Shown: one piece after another, positions 17,558-27,583 of the stretch
How positions within the stretch are numbered: position 1 is the first letter of the stretch
Layout: each line of letters opens with the position of its first letter
Source: a virus
Taxonomy: Duplodnaviria; Caudoviricetes
Length of the DNA stretch: 64,000 nt
Reading direction: 5' to 3' (one strand)
IMG/VR virus record: IMGVR_UViG_3300042139_000023
The notes under the pieces: model-generated
Database searches by the model: none
Told to the model about the DNA's origin: nothing
Seen by the model: only the letters and a program-made list of their open reading frames with translations
Position numbers and translations under genes: made by a program

Positions 17558-17989
17558 ATGAGCGAGAACGCCTACGACCGCAGCGCGCTGGGCCACGAGG
17601 CAGGAAAGCTGCTGGACGCCCTCCTGAAGCATGTGAACGAGATCGGGCGGGCCCAGGTGGCAACATCCGCCCTCCTGAAGGACAGCGGACTGACCCAGGG
17701 TGCCCTGGTGCGCGCCAGGGCGGAACTCACCCGGAACGGGCTGCTGCGAACGGAGCCGGGCTTCTCCTCTACCGGGCTGCGCGGGGCGAACGTCTACGTG
17801 CTGAACATGACCGCGATCGAGCCCCCTTCCAAGGAGATTCTGGAAGACGAAACCGGACGAATCGAGGCAGACGATCCCGATGGTGCTGGTCACCAGGTTT
17901 CCGGAGAGGTTCCTGCCCCTTCCGGGCGGCATCGCAGCGAGCGGAAGGGCTTCCTTCGTGGCCTCTTCCGTGGGTCTCGTTCTTCCTGA
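17558..17989 (+). CDS. winged-helix DNA-binding protein
   Basis: LLKDSGLTQGALVRARAELTRNGLLR..G.RGANVYVL wing. Confidence 0.65.
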   Translation: MSENAYDRSALGHEAGKLLDALLKHVNEIGRAQVATSALLKDSGLTQGALVRARAELTRNGLLRTEPGFSSTGLRGANVYVLNMTAIEPPSKEILEDETGRIEADDPDGAGHQVSGEVPAPSGRHRSERKGFLRGLFRGSRSS

Positions 17990-18157
17990 AGCACGGAAGG
18001 ACTGCCGCCCTGTCGGAAGAAGCCGAAGAAGAGGTGGTTGTTCTCCACTCGAATCGGACGAATGAGGACACGACGGGGCGGCAGTTCGTGGCACGCTTCT
18101 CGAATCGCAGTGAATTCGGACAGAACGGACGACTTCCAGGATCCTGCCCTGGTTCGC

Positions 18158-18187
18158 TTGACACGGCCTAGGCCACGCTGGCACAGT
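18158..18187 (+). promoter_or_regulatory. promoter with GGCCTAGGCC operator in the spacer
   Basis: Consensus TTGACA (18158-18163), palindrome 18165-18174, CACAGT at 18-nt spacing. Confidence 0.7.
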
Positions 18188-18252
18188 CATGCGTAACGCC
18201 CCCAAGCGAGGTTTCAGAAACCGGGGGTTTTCGGAAAGGGAGAAACCCAGAC

Positions 18253-19413
18253 ATGGACAAGACGGAAAACAACGAGAAGGTCGCGAAGGTCGACATCGAC
18301 GAGGACGGTCCGAAGCGTTTCTCCGTTCTGGTTCTGATGGCGAGCATCCTCTCGATCGGCTCCCTCGCCTGGAGTACCTGGTCCTTCATCGACCTGTACA
18401 AGGTCGACGCGCTCACCATCGACAAGCTGGGCGGGCTCAGCCTGATCTCCCTCTCGGCCGCCGCAACGATGGACGTCGTCTGGAGCGCGACGATGGTGGC
18501 CCAGTACCAGGGCCAGAAGCTGATGGGGAAGCTGCCGAAGGTCAAGAAGTCCTTCGACTTCCTCCCGCTCATCGGGTGGATCGAGGCCCTGTTCGTCGCC
18601 GGACTGCTCGGCTACCACGGAACGACGATCGGCGGCGGCGCCGCAGGGTTCGCGGCGGTCCTCCCGGTCTTCACGAAGCTCACGTGGACGATGGCCCTGA
18701 ACGGCCTGAAGGACCCGAGCGAACTGACCGACGAGGAGAAGGCCGAGATGGCGGCCGAGAAGCGGAAGTCGAAGCTCACCCGGGCCAAGGCCGACGCAAC
18801 CCAGGAGCAGCATGCGGCCGACATGATCCTGAAGAACCGCGAGCACGAGGCGGCCCTGGCCGAGCAGCGGCGCCTGGCGGCCATCGAGCACGAGAAGGTC
18901 CAGGCCGAGATCGAGCGCAAGAAGCTGGAGCAGCAGGCCCAGTTCGAGCTGGAGAAGGCCCGGCTGGAGGGTGAGGCCGAGACCAAGCTGATGCGTCAGC
19001 AGCTCAACGCGCGGCTCCAGATCGAGACCCTGCGCAGCCAGCAGGGCATCAGCCTGGAGCGCATGGACGCCGAGCAGGAGCTGCGCCTGCGGGCCCCGCT
19101 GGACCTCGGCTTCAACGTCATCCAGGGGCAGGTCTCCCGGCCGCAGCTCGCGAAGAGCAACGTCTCGTTCGAGGAGGAGGACGACGCGGAGGGCATCAGC
19201 CTGGACGGCCTGAACCTGACCGACGCCGAGCGCCGGAAGGTGAACCTGGCGGCCCGCTACTACGCCGCCGACGCGGCCGAGGGCGGCATCACCAAGGCCG
19301 CCTTCGCGAAGGCCAACCAGACGGGCGCCCCCCGGGTGACCGAGGCGACCACCGCCTTCCCGCTGGAGTGGTTCGTCGAGAACGGTCTCGCGAGCTGGAT
19401 GAACCAGGGCTGA
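18253..19413 (+). CDS. SpdB-like plasmid-spreading membrane protein (four TMs plus coiled coil)
   Basis: SLAWSTWSFIDL..AAATMDVVWSATMVAQ..PLIGW..LLGYHG..LPVFTKLTWTMAL..DP resembles Streptomyces SpdB-family proteins; terminator GAAGCCCCCG/CGGGGGCTTC 19431-19456. Confidence 0.55.
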   Translation: MDKTENNEKVAKVDIDEDGPKRFSVLVLMASILSIGSLAWSTWSFIDLYKVDALTIDKLGGLSLISLSAAATMDVVWSATMVAQYQGQKLMGKLPKVKKSFDFLPLIGWIEALFVAGLLGYHGTTIGGGAAGFAAVLPVFTKLTWTMALNGLKDPSELTDEEKAEMAAEKRKSKLTRAKADATQEQHAADMILKNREHEAALAEQRRLAAIEHEKVQAEIERKKLEQQAQFELEKARLEGEAETKLMRQQLNARLQIETLRSQQGISLERMDAEQELRLRAPLDLGFNVIQGQVSRPQLAKSNVSFEEEDDAEGISLDGLNLTDAERRKVNLAARYYAADAAEGGITKAAFAKANQTGAPRVTEATTAFPLEWFVENGLASWMNQG

Positions 19414-19512
19414 CAAGCCCGCACGACAGAGAAGCCCCCGCCCCGGCGGGGGCTTCCTGTTTTCCCCAACTTGCCTGTATTCTGGTTATGTTGAAGTGGA
19501 GAGGAGAATGAC

Positions 19513-21401
19513 ATGGCGTGGCGAATCGAGGCATCCGGAGGAACCGGATCCGCCAATTACGTTGTGATCCAGCCGATGATGGACGACGACCCGGAGAGCG
19601 AAGTCCGGCACGCGCTCATCACCATCTCGCCGAAGGGCGGTCGCGAGCACCCGACGATTCCGATGCTTCCGCCGGGCGCCCTGTACCGGGATCGGCTCGG
19701 TATGGCGTATCGCATTCAGGAGGCAACCATCGTCGAGACAGGAACCGACGACGGTGAACACTCCATGTGGCGCTACGAGTACCTGGTCGCCTACAGCGCG
19801 ACCCTTCCGCTCCGGCCCGTCTCATGATGGAGAAGGTCGTCACCTGGGCCATCGCGAAGGCGGTCGAAGATGTTGACGACAGCGTGACCACGGCTGCCCT
19901 GATGGGCGCCGCACTGGATACCGCCACCTTCTCGGCGATCGGCGTACCGGCGACCGGGGCTGTGATCGCAGGGGCCGCCACGGGCGTGGGCCTGAACGTG
20001 GTACGCAAGCTGAGGAAGGGAGAAGGGGAATGACCGACTGGTGGAACACGTCCGCGCCGCGACAGGAGGGCGAGCCGGTTCGCGCTGAACCCGCTATCGG
20101 GTGGGACCCGGAACCCATGCCGTCGATGCCCGCCTCTCCGCCCGAGCCTCCGGCCCAGCAGGAGGAGCCGGAAGCGCAGAAGCCGGATCGCCGCAAGAGC
20201 CTTCTCCTCGGTGCGGCCGGTGCTGCCGCCGTGGGGGTCCTGGTTTTCACCGTCATGCCGCACGACGGCTCGACTCCGGCCGACGTTCCCGGTGTGTCCG
20301 CATCATCGTCCGTCGGGGACTTCCCCCCTGCGGCCGGTGGCGGGCCCTCGGAAGGTGCACAGGACCGCGCTGAAGAATCCCGGGCACCCGCCCCGCAGAA
20401 GCCGAAGGTGGTCACCCTCTCTGCCACACCCAGTGGCTCCGGCAGCGTCGGCGCGATCGTGAAGCTGACGGTCGTGAACAACACCGACGAGGCCGTGGTC
20501 GTCATGTCGTCGATGGTGAAGGGTGACGGCCGCCCGGCGGTCATCGGAGAGGGCACGCTGGCGCCCGGCTCCCGGCGCGTAGAGCCCGGAGAGACGGCGA
20601 CCGGAACCGTGGAGTTCGCCACGAAGAAGGCGCCCGCCCAGGTGGCTCTCGTCGACCTCAGCGGGAACGTGGTGGCGGCCAGTGGCTGAACCCCTGCTGC
20701 ACCGCCTTCCGTCGACCGGGAAGTACGACAAGAAGTACCAGGTGCACGGTCACGACCACCTGATCGTCGAGGCGTACTACTCCGACGCCGAAGACAGCAA
20801 GCCGGAGTTCGGGTGCTGGTGGGTGATCGACGCCCGCTTCACCGCCCTCGACCGGTACCGTCGGCAGATCGTCTTCTCCTCCACGTACCTCTCCGACATC
20901 CGGAGCTGGCTGAAGGCTGGAGGGGCGAGCCTGTGGGACCCCGAGAAGAGGAAGGCCGACAAGGACTGGAAGCCGATTCCCGAAGGGTGGTCCCCCGACG
21001 ACAGCCGACTGGAGGCGAAGCGTCGTACACCCTTCAGGCCGTTCGGCGAGAAGGGGTCACGGGCACACAGGTCGGCGCGCAGGCCCGAGGAGCCGGAGCC
21101 CAGCGACTACCCGCTCTACCCAAGGGGCCTGACGGGCAAGAAGTACGCCGTCGTCCCCGGGTGGGTCACCTCCGTCAACGACGGTCAGCGGCACTGGATC
21201 GGATTCGGTGCACTCACCTGGCTGTACGGGGTTAATCCGGCCGAGTGCATCAAGGTCGACGACGAGACCGAACGTGGCTGGAACGACGACCTGCGGGCAC
21301 ATCTGATCTGGCTGTATCCGCAACGCAGGCACGAGGACTACGAATCGATGAAGGAGGAGCTGGCCAGGGGCGAGGACGCCTTCAAGCTGATCGAGCCCTG
21401 A
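19513..21401 (+). CDS. four hypothetical ORFs (19513-19827, 19824-20033, 20030-20689 membrane-anchored with Ig-like C-terminus, 20682-21401)
   Basis: Coupled overlaps; TM SLLLGAAGAAAVGVLVFTVM in 20030-20689. Confidence 0.6.
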
Positions 21402-21410
21402 GCATGCGAA

Positions 21411-21440
21411 AGCCCCCGTCGCACCGTTGCGACGGGGGCT
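21411..21440. terminator. bidirectional terminator
   Basis: AGCCCCCGTCGCA-CCGT-TGCGACGGGGGCT between convergent genes. Confidence 0.7.
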
Positions 21441-21461
21441 CTGCACATCCGCATGGGGTCC

Positions 21462-22196
21462 TCACAGGGGCACGTGGAACGAGACCGGCCTGTTGCCCTC
21501 GCAGACCTTCACGGCGACCTCGACGACCTTGCCGTTGGCCAGGAGGACCCGACGCGCCGTCTGCGTGACGATCGCGTACGCGCCCTTCAGTTCCAGCAGC
21601 TCCCGCTCCCGGTCCGTCGCCAGACGCGACGTGATGACGGGGATCAGGTCCTTCTGCCGGGAGCCCATGCGTTCGGCCGCCAGCTCCCGCGAACCGCGCG
21701 GGGTGGACTCGGCCATCGCCAGCTCGGGCGTCACGGCCGTCACCTCGGGCGGGTAGTACGAGTGTCCGGTGGCGACCGGCTTGCCGTCGATCTTGTTCAG
21801 GCGCTCCCGGTACACGACCCCCTCGCCGGGCTCGACGCCCAGCGCGGAAGCGATGCTGGCCGGGCACGGCACCGTCTCCACCCGCAGGATCTCCGAGGTC
21901 TCTCGGGCGCCCAGCGCCTTGCCGCTCGCCGCGTAGTTCCCGACGCGGTCCTGGACCGTCGCCGTGCGTCCCGAGATGTCCGCCACGACCGGCGGCCGGT
22001 TGCCGCTGGACGGCTCCAGGACCCCTTCCGCCGTCAGCAGCTCCACGACCTTGTCGATGGTGACGCGCGACGTCTTGTGGGTCTTGGCGAGCCTGCGGCG
22101 CGACTCCAGCGGGGTACCCGGCGCCAGATCACCAGAGGTGATCCTGGATCGGTAATGTGCCGCAATGGCACGGTACTTGGGAATCTGCTCGCTCAC
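21462..22196 (-). CDS. GntR/HutC-family regulator with UTRA domain (KorA/TraR/KorSA-like)
   Basis: PKYRAIA..ITSGDLAPG.PLESRRRLA...SRVTI.K....L..EGVL, C-terminal UTRA-like domain; GAGGAG RBS, GTG 22196. Confidence 0.9.
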   Translation of the reverse strand: MSEQIPKYRAIAAHYRSRITSGDLAPGTPLESRRRLAKTHKTSRVTIDKVVELLTAEGVLEPSSGNRPPVVADISGRTATVQDRVGNYAASGKALGARETSEILRVETVPCPASIASALGVEPGEGVVYRERLNKIDGKPVATGHSYYPPEVTAVTPELAMAESTPRGSRELAAERMGSRQKDLIPVITSRLATDRERELLELKGAYAIVTQTARRVLLANGKVVEVAVKVCEGNRPVSFHVPL

Positions 22197-22215
22197 TTTT
22201 TCTCCTCGCGTTCGC

Positions 22216-22244
22216 TTGTGGCCTAGGCCGTATTGTGTCATGCT
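22216..22244. promoter_or_regulatory. divergent promoter region with GGCCTAGGCC operator
   Basis: Palindrome 22220-22229, 24 nt upstream of the GntR start; TTGTGG-17-CATGCT on +. Confidence 0.65.
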
Positions 22245-22283
22245 GGACTCCACAACGCCAGCAGGGACCGAAGAGAGGGCGAC

Positions 22284-22448
22284 ATGGAAGGTAACGGGGA
22301 GGTTCAGGAGCCGGTTGTGCCGCAACCTCAGCACGTGCCGGAGGCTTCTCTGGGGCAGCTTTCTGACTTCGCTGCCAACCAGGATATCGCCCGATTGGAG
22401 GCAACCGTAGAGGCCAACATCGGACTAGCTTCCGACGGAAAGCCGTAA
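22284..22448 (+). CDS. small hypothetical protein
   Basis: GAGGG RBS, ATG 22284. Confidence 0.45.
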   Translation: MEGNGEVQEPVVPQPQHVPEASLGQLSDFAANQDIARLEATVEANIGLASDGKP

Positions 22449-22463
22449 CGCGGAAGGAGAAAC

Positions 22464-23426
22464 GTGGCGACGAAGGCAGCCATTCCGCCGAAGCCGAAGA
22501 CGGCCCCCACCGTGCACCTCAAGGGCCAGAAGCGGAAGCCGCCACGGACCCTGAAGGGCGACCTCAAGGCACTGAAGGGGAAGCTCGGTTCGGCCACCAC
22601 TCGGTGGACCGAGAGTCAGGGCAAGGCGGAAGAGAAGAAGGAGAAGGTACGCCAGGAGGCCGAGAAGATCCTGGCCCCCGTCAAGGAAAAGGCCGCAGAG
22701 GAGAAGAAGCTCGCGGCCGAAGTGATGAAGCCCGTTCAGGCGGCTGCCGCCGCCATCAAGAACGGGTTGGATCCGGCCAACGGAAAGACCCGGCCGTACG
22801 TCACTTCGTTCATGATCTCCTCGGTGATGTCGTGGGCTGTCGGACCGCAGATTCTGACCGCTCTGTACGAGCGAATCCGCTTCGGCACCTCGACCACCGG
22901 ATGGGGAATCCTGAACGGCCCTGGCAGGTGGTTCAGGGACACGATCGGCATGGCGTACGAGTCGGACCGGCTCGGCAGCCTGATCTGGGCAGCGATCATG
23001 GGGCTCACCCCCATGATCCTGATGTTCACCCGGAACCAGGTCGCCGGATACCTGGCCCAGAGCACGTACCGGGGGCGGATGGTCGCCTTCAGCATCAAGT
23101 GGCTGACCCGTTCGGCCTGGCTGGTTCCGGTCCTGTTCTTCGTGGGGGTCTCGTACCCCGACGAGGTGACGGCGATCTTCGGTTCGCCGTGGACCTTCCA
23201 GATGTGGCAGTTCTGGGTCGCCGGTCTGTTCTGCATGGCGTTCTACGCGACCATGTGGGTCTTCGACCGGATCGAACGGCTCAACCGCGAGCGGTCGGCC
23301 ATGTCGGAGGAGGAGCGCGAGAAGTCCCAGAGCATGGGGCCGGGCATCTTCCACGCCGTACTCATGATCCCGCTGGCGTCGATCGTCACGGGGATCCTGC
23401 TCTACGCACCGGGCGCCGCCTGGTGA
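22464..23426 (+). CDS. multi-TM membrane protein with N-terminal basic coiled coil (transfer-region-like)
   Basis: Lys/Ala-rich N-terminus, five to six hydrophobic helices. Confidence 0.65.
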   Translation: MATKAAIPPKPKTAPTVHLKGQKRKPPRTLKGDLKALKGKLGSATTRWTESQGKAEEKKEKVRQEAEKILAPVKEKAAEEKKLAAEVMKPVQAAAAAIKNGLDPANGKTRPYVTSFMISSVMSWAVGPQILTALYERIRFGTSTTGWGILNGPGRWFRDTIGMAYESDRLGSLIWAAIMGLTPMILMFTRNQVAGYLAQSTYRGRMVAFSIKWLTRSAWLVPVLFFVGVSYPDEVTAIFGSPWTFQMWQFWVAGLFCMAFYATMWVFDRIERLNRERSAMSEEEREKSQSMGPGIFHAVLMIPLASIVTGILLYAPGAAW

Positions 23427-23651
23427 TGCACAAGGGCCTCCGCTGCCGTGTGGCAGCCCAGCTACCGCTGGAAGCCGGTTCGCATCCGGCCGGAGGTACG
23501 AAGCGGACGAACGAGCCGCTTGGAAAGGGGACGAGTCGTGTTCCAGAAGGACGACGACCTCGACGGGCTGCCGGTACTGAAGCCCGCCGGTCCCGGCCGG
23601 TGAGTCTGTGGGGCCGCTGGAGGGCGGCCCCACAGGGAAGGTGAGGGAAAA

Positions 23652-24230
23652 GTGATTCTGGCACTCACGCAGCAGCAGCAGATCGAGGTTCCGGAGAATT
23701 CGTGGATCGGTCACACCACGATGGCAGGCTTCGGAATCATCCTGCTGGTGCTCTCGTTCCTCTGCATCAAGGGGAACAAGAAGGGTCAGCAGATGTTCCT
23801 CTGGGGCGGGCTGACCAAGGCGCTGATGACCAAGGCCGTGCAGCAGCCGACCAGCCGCATGATGACGAAGGTCCACGGAGGTCCGAGCGAAGGGTTCGAC
23901 TGGCGGTCCGCAATGACATTCCTCGTGGGAATGTGGGCCATGACGTCGATCGTCAGCTCGACCGGTGGGTTCGTCGTCGACCTGGTCGACTGGTTCCAGG
24001 GTCTGGTCATGGCGCTGGCCGACTGGCCGGTCCTGTCCGACATCGGAGCCGGAGGCATCTGCCTCTTCCTCGGGTTCCTCGCGATGCGGAACAAGGATGA
24101 CGACAAGCAGGATCTGATGTACGGCGCCATCTGCGGGTTCTTCTTCCCGCTCGGCGGCGGCACCTGGGCCGAGATCACACTCCAGATCGGCAACTGGATC
24201 CCGCAGCTCATGCAGAGCCCGTTCCACTGA
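23652..24230 (+). CDS. multi-TM membrane protein (transfer-region-like)
   Basis: Four to five hydrophobic helices; terminator AACGGCCGGGCCC/GGGTCCGGCCGTT follows. Confidence 0.65.
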   Translation: MILALTQQQQIEVPENSWIGHTTMAGFGIILLVLSFLCIKGNKKGQQMFLWGGLTKALMTKAVQQPTSRMMTKVHGGPSEGFDWRSAMTFLVGMWAMTSIVSSTGGFVVDLVDWFQGLVMALADWPVLSDIGAGGICLFLGFLAMRNKDDDKQDLMYGAICGFFFPLGGGTWAEITLQIGNWIPQLMQSPFH

Positions 24231-24303
24231 GGTGGGCGGTTCCAACGGCCGGGCCCTTCGCGGGTCCGGCCGTTCGGCTTTTCAACTCCAGTACAGGTTC
24301 ACC

Positions 24304-24333
24304 TTGTTGGCTGGCCTAGGTCAATGTTAGAGT
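24304..24333 (+). promoter_or_regulatory. promoter with GGCCTAGGTC operator variant
   Basis: TTGTTG-18-TAGAGT (24328-24333), operator variant 24313-24322 in the spacer. Confidence 0.6.
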
Positions 24334-24355
24334 GGAGCCCGGAGAAGGGAGGAAC

Positions 24356-24994
24356 GTGATGCGCAGGGCAGGCGGAGTATTCGTCGGCGTGTTTCTGGCA
24401 GTTGGGGCAGTTCAGGCCGTCACCGGTTTCATTCCGGCGGTCCCGTCTGCCGCGTCCGTCGCGGCGCCTCCGAAGCAGGAGGCCACCGGGGACTACAAGT
24501 TCACGGGCACCTCTGCCCCGATCCGGCCCGGCTCGGTCCCGAAGAAGCGCTGGGAAGAGCTGATCAACAAGTGGGGCAACAAGTGCAAGACGTTGACCCC
24601 CGCCCTCCTGGCGGCCCAGCTCGATCAGGAGAGCATGGGATTCAAGCCTGAAGTCATCGACGGACGACTGGACTCCCCGGCCTCCGCCAAGGGCATGGCC
24701 CAGTTCATCGACGGCACGTGGGCCACCGAGGGGATCGACGCAAACGGGGACGGCAAGCGCAACAAGTACGACCCCGAGGACGCCATCCCCTCGGCCGCGA
24801 CGCTGGACTGCAAGCTCGCGAACGGCCTGAAGGACATACCTGGCCCCACCTGGAAGAACATGCTCGCCGGATACAACGCGGGCGGCTTCCGGGTGAAGCA
24901 GTACAACGGCGTCCCGCCGTGCTCGTTCGCCAGGTGCGAGACCTACAACTACGTGAAGTTCATCGAGCGGAAGACGAGGAAGTACGAGCAGTGA
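24356..24994 (+). CDS. secreted lytic transglycosylase (SLT)
   Basis: LLAAQLDQES.GF..SPASAKGMAQFIDGTW..DGDG......DPEDAI..LAGYNAG. Confidence 0.9.
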   Translation: MMRRAGGVFVGVFLAVGAVQAVTGFIPAVPSAASVAAPPKQEATGDYKFTGTSAPIRPGSVPKKRWEELINKWGNKCKTLTPALLAAQLDQESMGFKPEVIDGRLDSPASAKGMAQFIDGTWATEGIDANGDGKRNKYDPEDAIPSAATLDCKLANGLKDIPGPTWKNMLAGYNAGGFRVKQYNGVPPCSFARCETYNYVKFIERKTRKYEQ

Positions 24995-25590
24995 ACCGGA
25001 CTCAGCGAGCGGCCCTGGCGGTCGCCTCCGTGGCGCTGCTCGTGCCCGTCACGTCATCCTGTGCCGCGCTCAACGCGGCGCCCATCTCGAACGCCACGGC
25101 GAACCCCAACCCGGAGATCGAGAAGATCAACTGGTACTCGCCCGAGCAGCGCGCCAAGGAGGCGAAGCGACAGGAGCGGGACACCAAGGTCTCCAGTTCC
25201 CGGTCGGGCGACGCGGCGGCCGTGGCCATCGCGTACGCCCGCACGAAGATCGGAGTTCCCTACCTCTGGGGCGGCACCGGCACCAGCGCCCAGGGCGGTC
25301 GCTTCGACTGCTCCGGCCTGACGCAGGCCGCGTACGCCAAGGCGGGGATCAGGATCCCTCGGGTCGCGAACGACCAGTACAACACGACCAGCAATCATCC
25401 ATCCTGGGATGAACTGGAGCCGGGTGACCTGGTCTTCTTCGGCCAGAAGGGGAATTCGCGCTCGATTCATCACGTCGGCATCTACATCGGTGGCGGCAAG
25501 ATGCTGCACGCGCCACGGACCGGAACGAAGATCCGCGTCAACGACGTGCACTACATGAACGACTACTTCGGAGCGACGAGGGTGGCCTGA
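24991..25590 (+). CDS. NlpC/P60 lipoprotein
   Basis: Lipobox TSS-C; IGVPYLWGG..FDCSGL..PGDLVFFG..HHVGIYIG..LHAP. Confidence 0.9.
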   Translation: MNRTQRAALAVASVALLVPVTSSCAALNAAPISNATANPNPEIEKINWYSPEQRAKEAKRQERDTKVSSSRSGDAAAVAIAYARTKIGVPYLWGGTGTSAQGGRFDCSGLTQAAYAKAGIRIPRVANDQYNTTSNHPSWDELEPGDLVFFGQKGNSRSIHHVGIYIGGGKMLHAPRTGTKIRVNDVHYMNDYFGATRVA

Positions 25591-26773
25591 TGGCTGAACA
25601 CACGGTGCGCGTATGGCGCAGGACAAGGCCCCTCACGGGTGACCCGACCCGGGTCATCGGCCTGGAGCGGGACGAGATCACCCTTGAGGCGCCGAGCTTG
25701 AAGTCGGCCCTGGAGCAGGTGGTCGACGCCGAGTACAAGGAGGGCGGCAAGCAGCTCCGGGTGTACGCCCAGATCGAGCGGCCCGAAGGAGGTCACCTCG
25801 GGATCGGCGATTACACCCTCTGCGAGCTGGCTTTCGCGGAAGACGAGAAGCGCCGGGCGGAGCAGTCCGGCGACATCGAGAAGTAACGGAAACGGAGAAA
25901 CACGTGGAATCCAGTCTCGGAACGCCGGACGACATGCTGCGCCAGTCGATGAAGCAGCTCGGCATCGACCGTGAGACGGCCATCTCCCTGGCCGTGAAAG
26001 GCTTCGAGGCGGCCCTGCGGGTCGAGGGCGAGGTGACCGAGGAGAAGGTGGACCGCAAGCTGGCCGAACTCTTCGTCGCCGAGAGCCGCAACCGGTCCCC
26101 CTGGTTCGTGACGCTGATGCAGGCGCACTACCGCAAGAACCTCCCCGCCTGGGAGAAGCTGCACGACGACGCGGTGGAGCGCGGCCAGGACCCGGCGACG
26201 AAGATGTCCATCACCGAGAGCGTGATCATGGAGATGGCGCAGGAACGCGTCGAGCTGGTGAAGCTCGCCAAGCAGGGCAAGTCGATCGAGGAGATCACTG
26301 AGGCGGCCTTCGCCTTCGACGACGCGCGGCCCGACGGCGAGCTGTACCTGCTCCTCGCGCGACAGATGGGCTGACGGAGAACCCCGGACGGGCGGCCGAT
26401 GTGAACGGCCGCCCGTCGTCACATCTCGGAAGGGAAGAAGGGCATGACGAAGAACGCCAAGCGAGCGGGCGTCATCACGATCGAGGTCGAGCTGCTGAAG
26501 CCGCTCAGCCGGATGCGGAAGGTGGCTCTGGAGCTGGCCTGGGAGGACATGCTGGACCTCCCGCTGTCGACCGACAAGCTCCAGATCGACCGCATGGAGA
26601 TCAACCTGACGCTCGGCCCGGCCGACGACGGAACGATCCTCGACGCGCCGAACTCGCTTCAGGACTTCACCTGGCAGGGCACCTACGACAGCGGCGAGTG
26701 GGTGGCCGCCGAGACCTTCATCGCCAACGCCCGGCACGACCGTCGAGTGCTGAACGTCAAGGCGATCCGGTGA
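25590..26773 (+). CDS. three hypothetical ORFs (25590-25886, 25904-26374, 26444-26773)
   Basis: RBSs, GC3 bias; hairpin 26387-26417. Confidence 0.6.
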
Positions 26774-27483
26774 AGGGGTCGGTGCACGCGGCGATCGGAG
26801 CCTCGGCACCGGCAGGGCTCGTGCTCACTCAGCACGTCAGCATCCTTCAGGGTGTGGTGATGGCGGCGGTCTCGGCGGGTTTCTCCCTGATGCCCGACCT
26901 GGACCACCCCAACGCCTGCGCCACGAAGGCCCTGGGCAAGCCCGTCCACAGGGTCGTCCACACCCTGTGCAAGGCGGTCGTGAAGGGCACGGCACTGGGC
27001 CGCGATCGAAGCTACCTGACCTTCCGGAAGGCCCGTGGCCAGGACCCCTACCACCGGACCCTGACGCATACCTTGCTCGTCTCGGTGGCGATGGGTGCCC
27101 TGGCGTACATCCTGGCGATGGCTTCGCCCATCGCCTGCGGGGCCGTGGCCGCGCTCGGGGTCTTCACGCTCTGGCCGTTGTACCGGAAGACCATCGGCCT
27201 GGTCGTCCTCGGTGCCGCCGTTGCGGCCGTCGGGTCAGTGATCTACCTGGATCCCTGGTTGATGGCACTGGCCGTGACCGGCGGATACGCAAGTCACGTG
27301 GTGGCCGACGGCTGCACGACGGCCGGGGTTCCGGCGTTCTGGCCGCTGACCATCCAGGGCAAGCGCTGGTGGAACATCCGGCTCCTTGGAGGATCCGTCT
27401 CTTCGGGGTCGGCCGCAGAGAAGGGACCGGCGATCGGGGTGGCAATGGCCTCCAACGCACTTCTGGTCCTGCTCAGCATGTAG
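26770..27483 (+). CDS. membrane-bound metal-dependent hydrolase (YbcI/YdjM-like)
   Basis: VHAAIG..SLMPDLDHP..HRTLTHT..YASHVVADGCT..GVP.FWP. Confidence 0.85.
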   Translation: MKGSVHAAIGASAPAGLVLTQHVSILQGVVMAAVSAGFSLMPDLDHPNACATKALGKPVHRVVHTLCKAVVKGTALGRDRSYLTFRKARGQDPYHRTLTHTLLVSVAMGALAYILAMASPIACGAVAALGVFTLWPLYRKTIGLVVLGAAVAAVGSVIYLDPWLMALAVTGGYASHVVADGCTTAGVPAFWPLTIQGKRWWNIRLLGGSVSSGSAAEKGPAIGVAMASNALLVLLSM

Positions 27484-27583
27484 GGAAGCCCGGCCTCTGG
27501 CCGGGCTTTTCTGCTCTTGGCGAATGACCCACATCTGGCGCACAATTGAAGACGGAAGTGGAGGGAAAGGTGATGCGATTCCG

